DNA of 64,000 nt from Clarias gariepinus (Eukaryota): contig NC_071110.1 of the NCBI RefSeq assembly GCF_024256425.1, positions 2,380,274 to 2,444,273 of the forward strand. The letters run 5' to 3'. The position numbers and the translations under genes were made by a program. Shown piece after piece: positions 1 through 13,353 of this stretch. How positions within the stretch are numbered: the first letter of the stretch is position 1; each line of letters begins with the position of its first letter. The notes below the pieces were generated by a model. That model searched no databases. It was given only the letters and a program-made list of their open reading frames with translations, and was not told the DNA's origin.

Positions 1-399
1 TCTCTTAGGAGTCTTCTTAAGTCGCTGCCTCTTACGTCCGACGTTACAAGGCACTGTCTACAGTGAAGGTCCTGAATTAGCTGACATCGATTGCTCAGGA
101 ATCGATTTTTGACTCCTTTTGCATGACAGTGTTAAAAAAGACGGCGCTTTCTATGCTAAACATTGCACTAAATTCTTTTAATAGCGTTTATTTCGACATG
201 GGTTAACTTATCAATAGCATGCAACAAATAATAGACAATTATATAAATTAAATCACCAAACTGTCTGTAATATTTTCATGTAACCTGTAGTGACAGTGAA
301 GTGAACGCTGTGCTGCGGCTGTTTCTCAATCAACTATGATAACCGAATCATAGTTGATTCACAAACAGCTGCGGTCACTTATGTGCAACGCACTCTTAA

Positions 400-1349
400 T
401 TGCCATTGGTTGAAACCCTTAATAAAAGCAATCTACCTACACTAAACAGAGAGAGGGATAAGATGGAAGAGAAGAGGCAACGAAAGAAAAGGGCACCAAG
501 CCTCTCATCAGATGAGCTAGAAATTTTGCTGGACGAGGTGTTCACCCACAAGGCAACACTCTTCGCCAGCTTTAGAAACAACGTGTGCAACAGCACTAAA
601 AAAAGAACTCTGGAGTGAGATTGCGAGGAAGATGGCTGCCTCCGGTTCAGGTGCACCCAGAGACTGGCAGGATGTCAGGAAAAAATGGCACGATTTTTCG
701 AGCATTGCCAAGGTGAGAGCTGCTGCAGTCCGAAGAGACCGGGCAAAAACAGGTGCTGGGTCCAGTTTAGTGTCGCCACTAACACCACTGGAGGAGAAGG
801 CACTGGCAGTATTGGGAGAATCAGCCTCTCATGGAATCCCTGGGGGGACTGATGTGAGAAGAAGTGATGCCGAGCGTGCCTCATGCTCACAGGCCAGAAC
901 ATCGCCACCTACCAGTACACCATGCTCCCCGGTTACTCAGAAGCCTGCAGCACTCTCCTCTCCTGGTAGCAGCGAGCCTGAAGAGTGCACTACTCCACCA
1001 ACGCGTGTTCTTGCCAGGACGACGTCGCTACAGCACAGCACGCAAACTGTTACCATGCCGCTGTAGCAAGGAACTCATAAATCTCGAACGCGAAAGGTTG
1101 GTGGTGTTGCATAACATTGAGCAAAAGCTTGGTAACATTGAGCGTCGGCTGACGGAAGGAAACGACCTCGCACACCATTCATTGGAGCTGAAGAGGGCCA
1201 AGCTGGAGCTGGCCAAACAACAGCATGCCCTGGCAGAGGCGCAGTTCAATAGGCCTTCAATCTCAGTACCAATCTTGCTGCCATCTGAAGGTAAGCCAGT
1301 TTTTCGTTGTAATCTGATGGTTTGTTTTTGTTTCTTTTATAGATGCTGA
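400..1349 (+). pseudogene. Harbinger Myb/SANT-like DNA-binding protein gene, degenerate
   Basis: N-terminal SANT/Myb_DNA-bind_5-like segment (KRQRKKRAPSLSSDELEILLDEVF...LF), then a C-terminal coiled-coil (LERERLVVLHNIEQKLGNIERRL...). The reading frame is broken into three pieces. Confidence 0.55.
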
Positions 1350-2107
1350 GCAACAGTCACACCAGTGACCGTGTGTGTGTGTGTGTGGTCTGTGTAAATA
1401 GTTTTTGTATGTCATTTGTAGTGTTTGCACCTATTTCTTTAAATTTTTTAATATGTTGCTGTTAATAAAGTGTCGAGGATGATCCAAGCTCCCCAGTCTC
1501 AAGTGTGTGTCTTCTTTAAGACTAAGTAATCGTGTGGCACAAAGACAAGACATTTTTCAGCCTTCATGTGTCTGGAGAAAAACTAAATCCAATTAGCAAT
1601 AAAACCTACGTGTAAATGTTGCTCTATTTATATTAATCTATTAAAGGAAATTAAAGCATGTATTAGGTGGATGTTTATTTTTAAACACTTGTTTGTAGTA
1701 GCAGAGTACCGACATTAGTCTGAGATGGAGATGAGTGTTTGAAAAGGGTTTGCTGTGCTTGAGGCAGAGCAGCGGCGAGAGAAGCTCTTCCAATCTTGCG
1801 ACCTGAGTCAGCAATACAGCATTTTAGCTTGGACATCCAGTTAACTTTTGACAGAGAGATTTTAATGTTTAGGCCTCTACAACTTTAGGAGAAGCATGTC
1901 AGTCGTTGGGGTTGTATAGCGCACATATGTAATGAATACGATGAGATCAAAGAGGTTCTAAGCATTACAATCACACCGAAAAATGAATGGATGCGTGGTT
2001 TGAAAGTTTATTTTCTTATTTAACTAAATCAAATTTCATCATAAAATAAAATGTCAAAAAAAGTCCATCCAGTCATGGATGATTGCTAATAATAAATAAA
2101 AAATTTT

Positions 2108-2916
2108 TTAAACAAAAACATTTTCAATCAACTGCTGCCTTGCCTCAACCCCGGCAGCATGCAGTGCAGCTCTCTGTGAAGGATTGAAGACCTTAACGTC
2201 CACCTCTGCATCTTCCTCCTCATTCGCCTCCTCCTCCTCTTCTGGTAAAGGTGTGTTTCCACGCAGAGCCATGTTATGGAGCATGGCTGTTTTCACCATA
2301 ACTGCGCAACACCTGTAAGGCTTTATGCGCAATCCTCCTGCAGACTTGTGCAGACACCTAAAGCGCAGCTTCCAGAGTCCAATTGCACGCTCGACGATGT
2401 TGCGAGTGTGAATGTGTGCAACATTGAAGGCTCTTTCAGTCGGAGAGAAGGGTTGGATACCGTTGTGAAGAGGTACGTTCTGAGAGGGTATCCACTGTCC
2501 CCGAGAAACATGCTCTGACCAAATTCAACTCTTTCTGCTTGCTCACCCACGGCAGAATTGGCCCAGACAAAACTGTCATGGGTGCTGCCAGGCCACTTCG
2601 CCACCAGGTCATTGATTAGATCCCTGTGGTCCACCACTACCTGGACGTTTATTGCCGCATATCCCTTTCGCGACATGTAAGCCTGATCAAGCACTGATGG
2701 AGTGAAGATTGGGATTAGTGTTCCATCCACTAAGCCTAAGACTCTAGGAATGCCAGCAATGGCATGGCAGCCCTGGTGCACCTCCTGGACCTCCTGGCGT
2801 GTTGCTGGCAAATGAATCCAATCCCCAGCATGGCGCAAAAGAGCGTTAGTAACAGCGAGGACGCACCTCCACACAGAGGGTTTGCTGAGGCCGTAGCCTT
2901 CTTCCACGACCTCCAT
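2108..2916 (-). pseudogene. Harbinger DDE transposase, frameshifted
   Basis: Translation shows the PIF/Harbinger nuclease motifs. Two overlapping ORFs indicate at least one frameshift. Confidence 0.65.
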
Positions 2917-5011
2917 GAAGCTCCCAGTAGGGGAAAAAGGTAAAATCTTAGCGCTGCAAGCAGCTGGACATCAGGACGTAAAGCATTAGAGCGACGCGTT
3001 GGCCTGGCAAGCGCAAGTCCGAGCAGGTCAAGAAGTTTCAGAATCTGTTGCCTTGGAAGGCGAAACTTTTTAAAATAGCCACGTCAGGCAAAATATAAAG
3101 AGGGCTGAAGTTTTGCCTAAAGAAAAAATTTACATGCACCCCACGGCTCCGCGGACGGCACCGTCTTTGGTTTAGCACAAGAACACGCTGTATCGCAGCC
3201 ATATCTGTTGCTTTCTGGACGCCACCATGATTACCCCTTTATGCGATCTTGGCGTTAGAGCCAAATTGTTTGCCACCTGTTCAATATCAAAAGTGATTGG
3301 CAATTTTAATGCATTAGTCACATTATGAAATAGGCTAATTAAAAGTCACTCTATTAGTACTGATATAAAATAAAATAAAATAAAATTCTTAAACTTGATT
3401 ACAGTATATTCCATAATTAATACGACTTTGATAACATTCCAGAATGCGCTTGCATACACCGCAAAGACTACTGCTCAGTGGTGGCGACTAGCGTCTTGAG
3501 CTGAAACTACGCTAAGAATGAGTTAAGGTTGATCCAGACCAACCTTACAAACGTGTGACTAAGCTAAGAGATACTTAGTGTAAGAACATTTCGGGAAAGG
3601 CGCCATAACGTTAAGAGAGAGGTTAAGGTACAACTTAAGAATTACTTAGCGATAAGAAGCTTTCGAGAAACCGGGCCCTGGTCATTTTAGCTCATATCTT
3701 ACTTTGGGAACTGTCATACATGATGCCTAGCTCATATTTTCTATTATCAAGGCAATAACTAAGAGTCTAACTAAAAAAAAAAAATGCAAAAAACGTATGA
3801 GCGAACACGTGAAATTGGTATCACATGTAATTGGCATGTTATGGAATTTAACTATAGTTATAAAAATTTTAGAATTTCTGTCGCACTTCATTATCTGCTA
3901 ATGACCCGAGGCAGGACACGCCCACACGCCAATCACACGAAAATCAGTCCGGCTAATTTACATACTAGGCCACGCCCCCGGACACCGGCATGAAAAACAC
4001 ACACACAAAGACAGGCTTGAGTTTACACACAGATTCAGTTTTCTGCACGTTTGGAAGATGACACGCGCTACTACACATTCAAGGAAACTCTTCAGAATGT
4101 TCTGGACAGTGGGAGGAGTTTACATTTACCTCAGAAGAAGACTGTGTGGCTCTGATGACGAACGGGAGCATTTTGAAGAGAGAATAGATCCAACAGGACA
4201 CACTGGGTAAGTTATTAAGTCTTATATAACTCTTATTCTGATAATATTAAACTAATATTAGTAAATATTTTCCTCACTTCAGCTAGCTCTTGTTAGCTTG
4301 TGTGACACATTGGCTTTTAATGCCATTTACATAGTTTAGGTAAATCATGCTAACATGCTGCCTTACTGTATGTAGCACAAACATGATATTTCCCGGTGGC
4401 TAAGCTAATGCCTTATGGAGTTTACAGATGTTTATAAATGTTCTAATGTATTTCACCTTGTTTTGGATAGCTTTAGATTATGGTTGCTAATATGTATTTG
4501 GCTCCGTTTTGTTTAGCTTATAACACTGTTTCACATCTTTATCATTAATCTGCATTTATACATAAAATTCTATTAACTATTGGGAAGCTAAGCAAGAATC
4601 AGTATGAAACATAAAGTTTTTAAAAGTTGCCAATAAATTAATATTGTGATGTAAAATTATTTTTCAGATTGAAAGGGCTCCGGGGTGTTTTGCCAGGCAG
4701 AAGCGTGGAGAGCAGCCCGCCTTGCCACCTCTGCTACTGCCATGGTGTGGAATCTGCTGCTGGGCACTGTCACATCTGGGCCACCTCAGTCCTGGGGAGT
4801 AAGATCAGGCTCACCGGATTACTGAGCCGTGGCTTTTGTCTCCCCCTAGTGTGTCTGTGTCGGTATTGTTCCCCCATTTGATTTAATCAAACACTAAACA
4901 AATATCACCTGTGTCTACCTCCTGTGTCACTCTATTTAACCCAGCCGAACCCATACCACCTCGTCTGGTCACTGATATGCACGTTAAGTTTGTTTCTCAC
5001 CACTTTGTATG

Positions 5012-5042
<31 letters not shown>

Positions 5043-6119
5043 CCAGGACTGAGTGGCGTCTGCAGGAGGTGGCGGTGGATCATAAAGGACTTGCATTAAG
5101 GTTATACGTATGTTTGTGGAAAGTCAGTCCACCTAGTGGTTTATCTCCCATGAAAGAAGGGAGTACTCGCATTCTCAAGTGCGCTTTACACAGCCCCCTG
5201 CAGACCCAGCCTGGGACACGGTTGCTGAGCCGTTCCGTTTTCATTTGGTTTAGTTCTTTTTTTCGTTTGTGCTGTTATGTTTATTGTTCCTTAATACGAA
5301 GAAGATGATAAACCTCTGTTTTTTCATCTAAACTTGCACCTGCGTTCATCTCCTTCAGTATGCAAGACATGACAGGCACTTTCGACTTGGAGACTTTGCT
5401 GCAACCTAAATGGTACAAAACATGTTCCTAATCTCTTCTGTCCTTAAAAAAAAAAAAAAATTAGTCATGTTCTGTGGAATAAATTATGTTTGTGTGCGGG
5501 CCATCGCTTTTTTACTTGGTATTTTTGTATTTTCTTGGACCTCAAGAAAACGTGATGTGTATATAAAAAAAACTCTTGCTTTCTCCACCTTCATTTTACC
5601 CCCCTTTAATAATAATTTTGAAATATTACTTTAAGGTGGAAAGCCAACCAGAGGTGATTGGGAGCAGCTGGTCGCGTTTATTAGGCATCGGAGACTGCAT
5701 AAGGTAGGGCACCCATTATTGTTACTGTATCTGCTTGGGACCTATATACTATTTCATCGCTTGCTCACGTCTTAATCCTTTATAATTATTATACTGTCTC
5801 ATTATTTTTGTCTTCTCTAGATGCTACATTGAAGAAGTGGCCGGCAGCCACCCGAGGGCAGATAGGCACATCTATCAATTCAAAGCTCACGAAGCTGAGA
5901 AGGTCCTCAAAATGTATATATATATTTTTTTTCCTATTGAGTTTTTTGTCTTATTTTTGTTCTTGTACTATATTTTTGTTCTTTTACTATTTGTTCTTAA
6001 AAAAATTAAAAAATTAAATTTCAGCATTTTGGGCTTTTATTTATGTTGTCTAGCAGCTATGGATTTTAATAATTTTACTAGTATCTAGGTAAAAATATAG
6101 GTGAATATATGCACATAGG

Positions 6120-6420
6120 TACATGTATGCATGTATATATGTGTGCATATGTTTACCTAGATTTTAGTAATGCATACATATATGCGTACATATATACGTG
6201 AATACATGTACCTAAATAGGTACATATATGCACGTATATATGTACACATATATGTACGCATATATGTACATATAATATAGGAAAATGGGCAATTTTATAT
6301 ATGTCACATATATGTCTATATAGGTGCATATATGCACGCATATATGCACGCATATATGCACATATAATATAGGAAAATGGCCAATTTTATATATGTCACA
6401 TATATTAAAAACCTATATCA
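6120..6420. repeat. AT-rich minisatellite built from ATATATGCACGCATATATG / ATATGTACATATA motifs with a duplicated about 70-bp block
   Basis: The blocks 6270..6330 and 6340..6400 are near-identical, with shorter motif repeats throughout. Confidence 0.8.
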
Positions 6421-7613
6421 AAACCTATATTAAAACATATATGTTTATATAGGTTTTTTCCATGTGGGAATGTTCGAAATATTAGTTATTGTGCCACAGG
6501 TGTAGTTTTAAGAGTTGTTTAGGCAAAAATGCATGTGTATACAGCTCAAAACCCCTATCGGTTATTAACTAAAAAGTGGAAGCTGGCACGCCAAAAAATA
6601 AATGCAGGATTATTTTTTTAGAGTCTAAACAAAAATGCTTTTCTAAACGTGGGCTATTGTTGATTACTTTCTCCTCTTTAATTTCCTACGTAGCCTAATC
6701 AGCGCTCAACCGCATGCATAAAATTTTAAATATCGCAGAGGATTTTTAAAAATATTTATCCAGTATAATCTGGGCCTCTTATAGCTATTTATTCTGGGTT
6801 GTTGTTCTTTTAGGTTACTGTGTGTGCTTTACAATGTTAGACAACATTCAAATGCAAATAATTCACCCCTGCCCAGGTGTGAATCAGCTGTTCTCACACT
6901 TCACACTTTAAGACTCTCTTGGGATCTGGAATGGAAGAAATTGAGATTTTCCTAATGATAACATAAATTTAATTGATTTTAAATACTCTATACACAATAA
7001 TATTCTTTGATATTTTTATTAAATATTTCAATTTTATAAAAAAAATAAAATGGGGGTGGGGCTAAGAAATATGCATCTGTTAATTAATCCTCGTGCCTGG
7101 TTTAGTATTCGGTGCGCACCGTTTGTACATCTGTTATGTTACAACTATTTTATAACACTCAGAAAGACCTTTTATTTAAGGTAAAGTGACTGATGTGTCT
7201 TTTTTAGCAGAGCCTCTGTTTCACTGAATAATCCAAGATTTTTCTTGAGTATGTAAGACCTATTGACACCTCTAGATGTCCCTCCCCCCATACACACAGC
7301 AGACCAAATGTCATCAACATGTCCCTCCCCCAAACACATGACTATATGAGTGCGCACGTGCACTGACATGATTTCCCACAATCCCGCAGCACGAAAGAGA
7401 GAAAAGCCATTGAAGTTAAAATTTATTACTATTTTTTGCTTGTCTTGCAAAGAGCTTGCAGACTAAGTTACTTACAATCCAAGGATCCACTGTATTAAGG
7501 TTATGGTCAAGAATGTGCACTTCTTTTTTAATTTATTTTGAAAAGCTAACCACAGATTCCTGCATTGACGCTTTAAGACGATTTGCACCCACCAGGTTAG
7601 TTCCATTGTCGGA

Positions 7614-10600
7614 TCAAATACGCTTGACTTGACCTCTTCTGGCTACAAATCGTCTTAAAGCGTCAATGCAGGAATCTGTGGTTAGTGAGTGAGCCATTTC
7701 TAGGTGAACTGCTCTGCACGTCATGCATGTGAAAATGACTCCGTACCTTTTTACTTGACTTCTACCTCTTTTTGTCTCAAAAGGTCCAAAGTAGTCAACA
7801 CCAACATTGCTGAAAGGTGGAAGATCTGCTTGTAGTCTTTCCTTTGGCAAATCAGCCATTTGCTGTTCTCCAATCTTACCTCTGACACGCTTGCACACAA
7901 AGCATCTTGACAGAACTTGGCTGCAGAATTGGCATTTATGATCCAGTATTTCTTTCTCAGATGTGAGAGAACATGATTTCTGCCTGCATGTCCGAGTTGT
8001 TCTTGTATGTGTTGAAGAATAAGAGTAGAGATGTGAAGATCTTTTGGTAGAATTATTGGTCTCTTAGTCTCCTCAGGCATTGCAGACTTGTTTAACCTTC
8101 CTCCAACTCTCAAAACTCCATCATCCATCACAGGATCAAGCTTGTACAAGCTGCTGAACCGATTCAACCGCTTTCCAACAACTGATGCCTTTTCAATTCT
8201 TGATATTTCTTCTGCATATCTTTGTTTCTGGCAAAACTTAATAATGGCTTTTTCTGCTTTAGAGATCATCCAAAACTATGGATTGTCCACCAAGAGACGT
8301 CTTGAATGCTTTCAATTGGTCACATACCTTGCTTCGATTCATAGAGGTTGCCTGAATTTCTTTCCCTTTTGCATTAAGCAAGCAAAGGATGTTCTTAAAC
8401 TTCAAGAACCATGCTACTGCCATCTTCAGTTTTGTCCAACTTGAAAAGTAGTTAAGCAGTTGGCTAGTAGGATTTTCCTTTCCTTTAATGACAGTGCTGT
8501 ACACAGTGGTGTTCCTTTTAACTTCAGTATCATCAGGTGAAAGTGACACGGGTACCAAGGACTCTTGAGGCCATTCCTCCTCTTTCTTCCACAAAAAGTT
8601 TGGTCCATGGATCCATTCTCTGCACTTTACCAATGTGCTGGCACTCACTCCTCTTGATGCCAAGTCAGCTGGGTTCTGCTTTGTCCTGATGAATTTCCAT
8701 TGTGTTACATCTGTGTTTTCTCTGATAAAAGAGATCCTGTTTGCAACAAATGTGCGGAATCTTGCATTCTCATTTGCAATATATTTCAGCACTGACTGAC
8801 TATCGGTCCAAAAGATAGAGCTTTTGAGATCAAGCTTCAATGCTTTTCTTAGCATAATGTCAACTCTGACTGCCAACACTGCGGCTGTCAATTCAAGACG
8901 TGGAATTGTGACATGTTTAAGCGGGACCACTCTGGCTTTCCCCAGCATGAAAGCCACATGTACAGTCTGCATATCATCAGTCAGTCTCAAATAACTTACT
9001 GTGCCGTATCCCTGTTCACTAGCATCAGAGAAATGATGCAGCTCAGCGTGCTTCAGCATTCCAAAACTAGTTGGCTTGACACAACGTGCCACTCTGAAAT
9101 CCTGTATCTCGTCCAGATCCTTTATCCACTTCATCCACTTATCCACTGCATCTTGAGGTATTTTTTCATTCCAACCATATTTACTCCTACAAAGATCTTG
9201 AAGAATTCGTTTGGCAGGTAAAGTAAACGGACTCAAAAATCCAAGTGGATCATAGATAGAGCTCACAATTGACAGTAGGTCTCTTCGGGTATGGGATCTG
9301 CACTTGATCGTGATATTAAACTTAAACACATCATTCTCCACACACCACAACAATCCAAGAGCTCTTTCAGTGGGAAGCTTTTCCTTGTCAAGATCTAATT
9401 CTTTTACATTTTGAGCTCGGTCTTCCTTTGGAATATGTGCAAGAACAGTGCGACTGTTACTCATCCATTTTGTAAGATGGAATCCTCCGGTTTGACATAG
9501 AGATGTAAGATCTTTTACAAACTCTACTGTTTCATTCTCTGTTGGAAGTGATTTCAGGCAGTCATCCACATAAAAGTTGTTCTGGACAGTGCTTGTTATC
9601 TCAGTTCGAAAAGAGTCAATGTTATCTTTGGCTGTTTGTCTTAGGGCAAAGTTAGCGCAACTGGGGGATGACACTGCTCCAAAAAGATGTACCAGCATTC
9701 GGTGTTCTACAGCAGGCACACTCACATCACCGCCTGGCCACCAGAGGAAGCGTAAGAAGTCAACATCTGATCTTGAGACTTTGACTTGATGGAACATTGC
9801 TTTGATGTCCGTCATAACTGCTACAGGCTCTTGACGAAATCTAGTAAGGACATCGAATAGTGTGCTGGTTAAATCAGGACCCTGAAGAAGCTCTGAATTG
9901 AGGGATTTACCTTGAAAGGTAGCACCACAGTCAAAGACAACTCTTATAGTCTGTTTTTGTGGATGGTATACACCGTGATGTGGGATGTACCATAGTTTAC
10001 CGTCTGTTCTCTTCAAGTCTTGTTGTGGCACCAATTCGGCATAACCTTTACTTATGACTTCTGTTAGAAACTCAGTATATTCAGTTTTGAATTGTTCATT
10101 CCTCTTGAACTTTCTTTTCAAACTTTGAAGTCTCTGTTCTGCCACTTGGTAATTGTTAGGCAACACTGTGTTGTCCTTCCTGAATGAATGTCCACCTTCC
10201 AACTTGATAGACTGTTCTGCAATCTTGATAAACCTTTTGTCTTCTACAGACATTTCAGCCTTGTCTTCTCTCGACCTCTCATTGAAATCATGGTTGTACT
10301 GTTGCTTCAACATATTCTCCAGGTTTAAGACAGAGATTCTGTTAACAACACCGCCATGAGAGATATTCCTATTCGCTGTGGGTTTACCTTGCAAAGGACC
10401 ATTAATGACCCATCCAAGAAGAGTCTTAACTGCGTATGGCCCATCCCCTCGGCTATTAATGATTTCCCAAGGTTCGATAGCTTTAGGAATATTGCTTCCA
10501 ATCAGCAACTCCACCTTGGCTGGAATCTTGGGAAACTTTACCTGACTCAAGTAAGGCCATTTAGACAGTTCTTCATTTGTGGGTATGTTACAGATGTCAA

Positions 10601-11184
10601 CAGGCATGCTCCTTTGTGAGTAGACTTCAGGCATTTGAATGAAGTTATTTCCTTCCAGTGAATATACTTACAATGACAATGTAAGAGGGCACAGATTTAT
10701 CCTGGCTTATGGTTCGAAGAACAATATTGGTCTTCCTTCCAGTAATGTTGAGATTCCTCATAAGATCCTCTGTGCAGAAGCTTGCCGAACTTCCAGGATC
10801 AAGAAAAGCATACGTGTGTAGAATCTTACTTCCTTTTGAACTTTTAATCTGTACTGGTACAATTGACAACAGACACTCTGTGTAGCTCTCTGAGCTTCCG
10901 ACTCCAGGATGCTTACCAGCTTTCATGGTCACCTGTGTGCTACTCACAGGTGCTTTCTTCAGTTGTTTCGATGTTTCCAGTGGTCTAATGTGTAACATAC
11001 TTGGATGCTGTTTGTTGCATATGGTGCAAGTGAGAGGCTTTGTGCAGTCTTTACTCACATGACCTCCTTTGGTCAGGCACCCAAAGCAGATTCCATTTTG
11101 TCTTATGAAATTAATTTTTTCTCTATGTGGCTGCTTTTCAAATAGCAAGCATGACATTTGTGTCCATTGTTGCAGTAAAGACAT
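7614..11184 (-). pseudogene. BEL/Pao pol (PR-RT-RNaseH plus partial IN)
   Basis: Domain order is read from the translation. The frame is interrupted at 10634/10645 and at 8259/8269. The integrase catalytic core is absent. Confidence 0.7.
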
Positions 11185-11189
11185 GATGG

Positions 11190-11400
11190 TAGTGGTGAAA
11201 CTTTACATTTACATTTACATTTAGGCATTTGGCAGACGCTCTTATCCAGAGCGACTTACAAAAAGTGCTTTAATGTTTACAACATTGGATACATACTTAC
11301 ACTGGGTTAACTAGGTTAATAAGTAAGTACCATTAGTCCAACACATCTGACGAGTTTTTTTTTTTTGGGGGGGGGGGGGGGTTAGTCCAAGTACTGGAGA
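11190..11400 (+). mobile_element. SINE-like insertion inside the BEL element (between gag and pol)
   Basis: The segment (CATTTA)3 GGCATTTGGCAGACGCTCTTATCCAGAGCGACTTACA..., followed by T(10)G(14), recurs almost verbatim at 54495..54560. This is a widespread teleost SINE-related core. Confidence 0.5.
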
Positions 11401-11833
11401 AACAGATGCGTCTTGAGTCGTCGTTTAAAGATAGTCAAAGTCTCTGATGTACGGACATCTAGAGGAAGTTCATTCCACCACCTAGGTGCCAGAACAGAAA
11501 AAAACCTGGATGAATGCCGCCCTCGATCCCTGAGAGATGGTGGGATGAGGCGAGCAGTGCTGGAGGATCGGAGGGAACGTGGTGCAGTGCGTGGTGTAAT
11601 TGGCGCAGAGAGGTAAGTGGGTGCTGGGCCATTTTCATTGGTGTCTGTGGTGGTTTTACATGCACGTTGGTAGCAAAACTGCCTTTGGATTTGGGCTTTA
11701 CCAGAACTTTGGGGTTTCCCTTACTTGGGCTTGAGTCCTGGATATCACCAAATATTGGGTCAGAGACTATGCTAGCTTGTTTTTCAATAAAGCTGACAAG
11801 ATCTACCATCTTTACCTTGCTACCCCTTTGTTC

Positions 11834-13353
11834 TTATAACTCAAATGCCTTCGTACGCCACCTCTCCCTGAGCTTGTATGGGAGTTTGAGAGCCATACTT
11901 CTCATGTTGGCAACTGTGTACAGTTCTTCCATGAACTCCAAATCTTCCATTGCATTGCAGCAGCTTCTAAGAAACAAAGCAAAGGCCTGTAAAGCTTTTG
12001 GATCTTCTGATTTAATTGAAGGCCAGAAGAGTGCTTTCTCGATATAAGCACATGAAATCCTATATTCATTGCCAAAGTGTTGTTTCAGTAGCTGCTTTGC
12101 CTTTTGGTAACCTCTGTTTGGTGACATGTGTTGGCAACTTCTTACAAGCTCCTGTGGTAGCCCCCTTGTGTACTGAATGAGAAAGTGCAATCTGTCTTCA
12201 AAATCAGTTGTTTTACTTTCTATGATGTGCTCAAAGGAATGAAGAAATGACCTGTACTGTAGAATATCCCCACCAAATACTGGAATTTCTCCTCTTGGTA
12301 AGGTGGAACGAAGTTGTTGTTTCACAAGCATGTCTGTCAGGCTGTTTTGTCTCTGAAGAATTGTAGCAAGATCAGGCCCTTGAATGGCACTAGATGATGT
12401 TGAGTCTCTACTTTCCAGTGGTCTTGCTTGAGTTGTAGGAGAGATTTGTGAAGATGAGTTGGCATCAATACTCACAGTAGCGTGTTGTCGCTCTTCTCAA
12501 GAAAAGAACGACTTGCAGTCATAGTCACACTTGGTGCTGCTGTTGCTGTAGAAAGTTGTGCATGAACGGTCTCTTTTGGTCTCACTTCTTCTAAGTTTGT
12601 TGCACTTGATGGAACTTTATTCAACATCTCTTCAAAATATACATTCATGGCTTCTTTTGTGTCCACATTTGTCACAGAGTTTTCAGCATTTCTTAGATAC
12701 TCAATTTTAGCTGCGTTGGCTGCAATTTCTGCTTGCACATCCCAAACCTCCTTCATCTTTCGAAGTTCTTCTTCTTTCTTCTCTATAGCATGTTTTCGTT
12801 GCAATGCATTGGCTTTGGCATGTAAAGCTGCTCTTTCTGCTTCTGCACAGATGCGTGCTGAGCTAGATGTTGACACACTGGATCTGCTGGACCTACTAGA
12901 TCTCTTGCTATGCATAGATGAAACCACTGAGACGTTATCTTCTTCATTTAGTTGGTCAGTCACATTTAAAACAGGAGAAACTTCAATGCAAGCTTGGGAG
13001 TCAGGTTCTTGAATGGCAGATATCCACGTCTCAACACTAGAAACAAACACATTAACTTGCTTCATTCTTGGCTCATACCAGGTTTTCAAGTCTTCAGCTT
13101 TATCTTCTTCATTTAACACTTGAACATAAGATTCTTGAAGAGACTTGAATTCATCAAGTTGTTCATTGAACTTCAACATATTTCCCTTTACTTCTTCTAA
13201 ATATTCAACATCAACCATCAATGAGTTAACAACATTCATTCTTCTTGTGAGATGTGCCATCTTGCCTGCTCTAGAGGCCTTCAAACGAGCAGCAACTACA
13301 TTCAGATGTTGCTGAGCTGAGTTTGGGGTTTGCTCTGGATCAGACTCAGCCAT
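11834..13353 (-). pseudogene. BEL/Pao gag (two overlapping ORFs)
   Basis: The ORFs 12472..13353 and 11834..12475 overlap by 4 nt. They encode a coiled-coil N-terminus and a gag-like core. Confidence 0.6.

Larger units (their letters stand above)
320..2960 (-). mobile_element. Degenerate Harbinger/PIF-type DNA transposon with two divergently oriented genes
   Basis: Minus-strand ORFs 2323..2916 and 2108..2332 encode a DDE_Tnp_4-type transposase (LVDGTLIPI, HDSFVW, YPL motifs), split by a frameshift. Plus-strand ORFs 400..618, 632..1066 and 864..1349 encode the Myb/SANT-like partner protein (FSSDELEILLDEV...W) and are interrupted by stops. A short hairpin at 328..362 may mark an end. Outer boundaries are approximate. 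Confidence 0.65.

Noticed and set aside
632-1349. ORFs 632..1066 and 864..1349 as host protein-coding genes
   Set aside because: They are frame-shifted pieces of the Harbinger-encoded Myb/SANT-like protein, paired with the DDE_Tnp_4 transposase on the opposite strand.
5009-5308. ORFs 4911..5099 and 5009..5308 encoding poly-(SL) peptides
   Set aside because: They are artefacts of the (CT)n microsatellite at 5018..5042.
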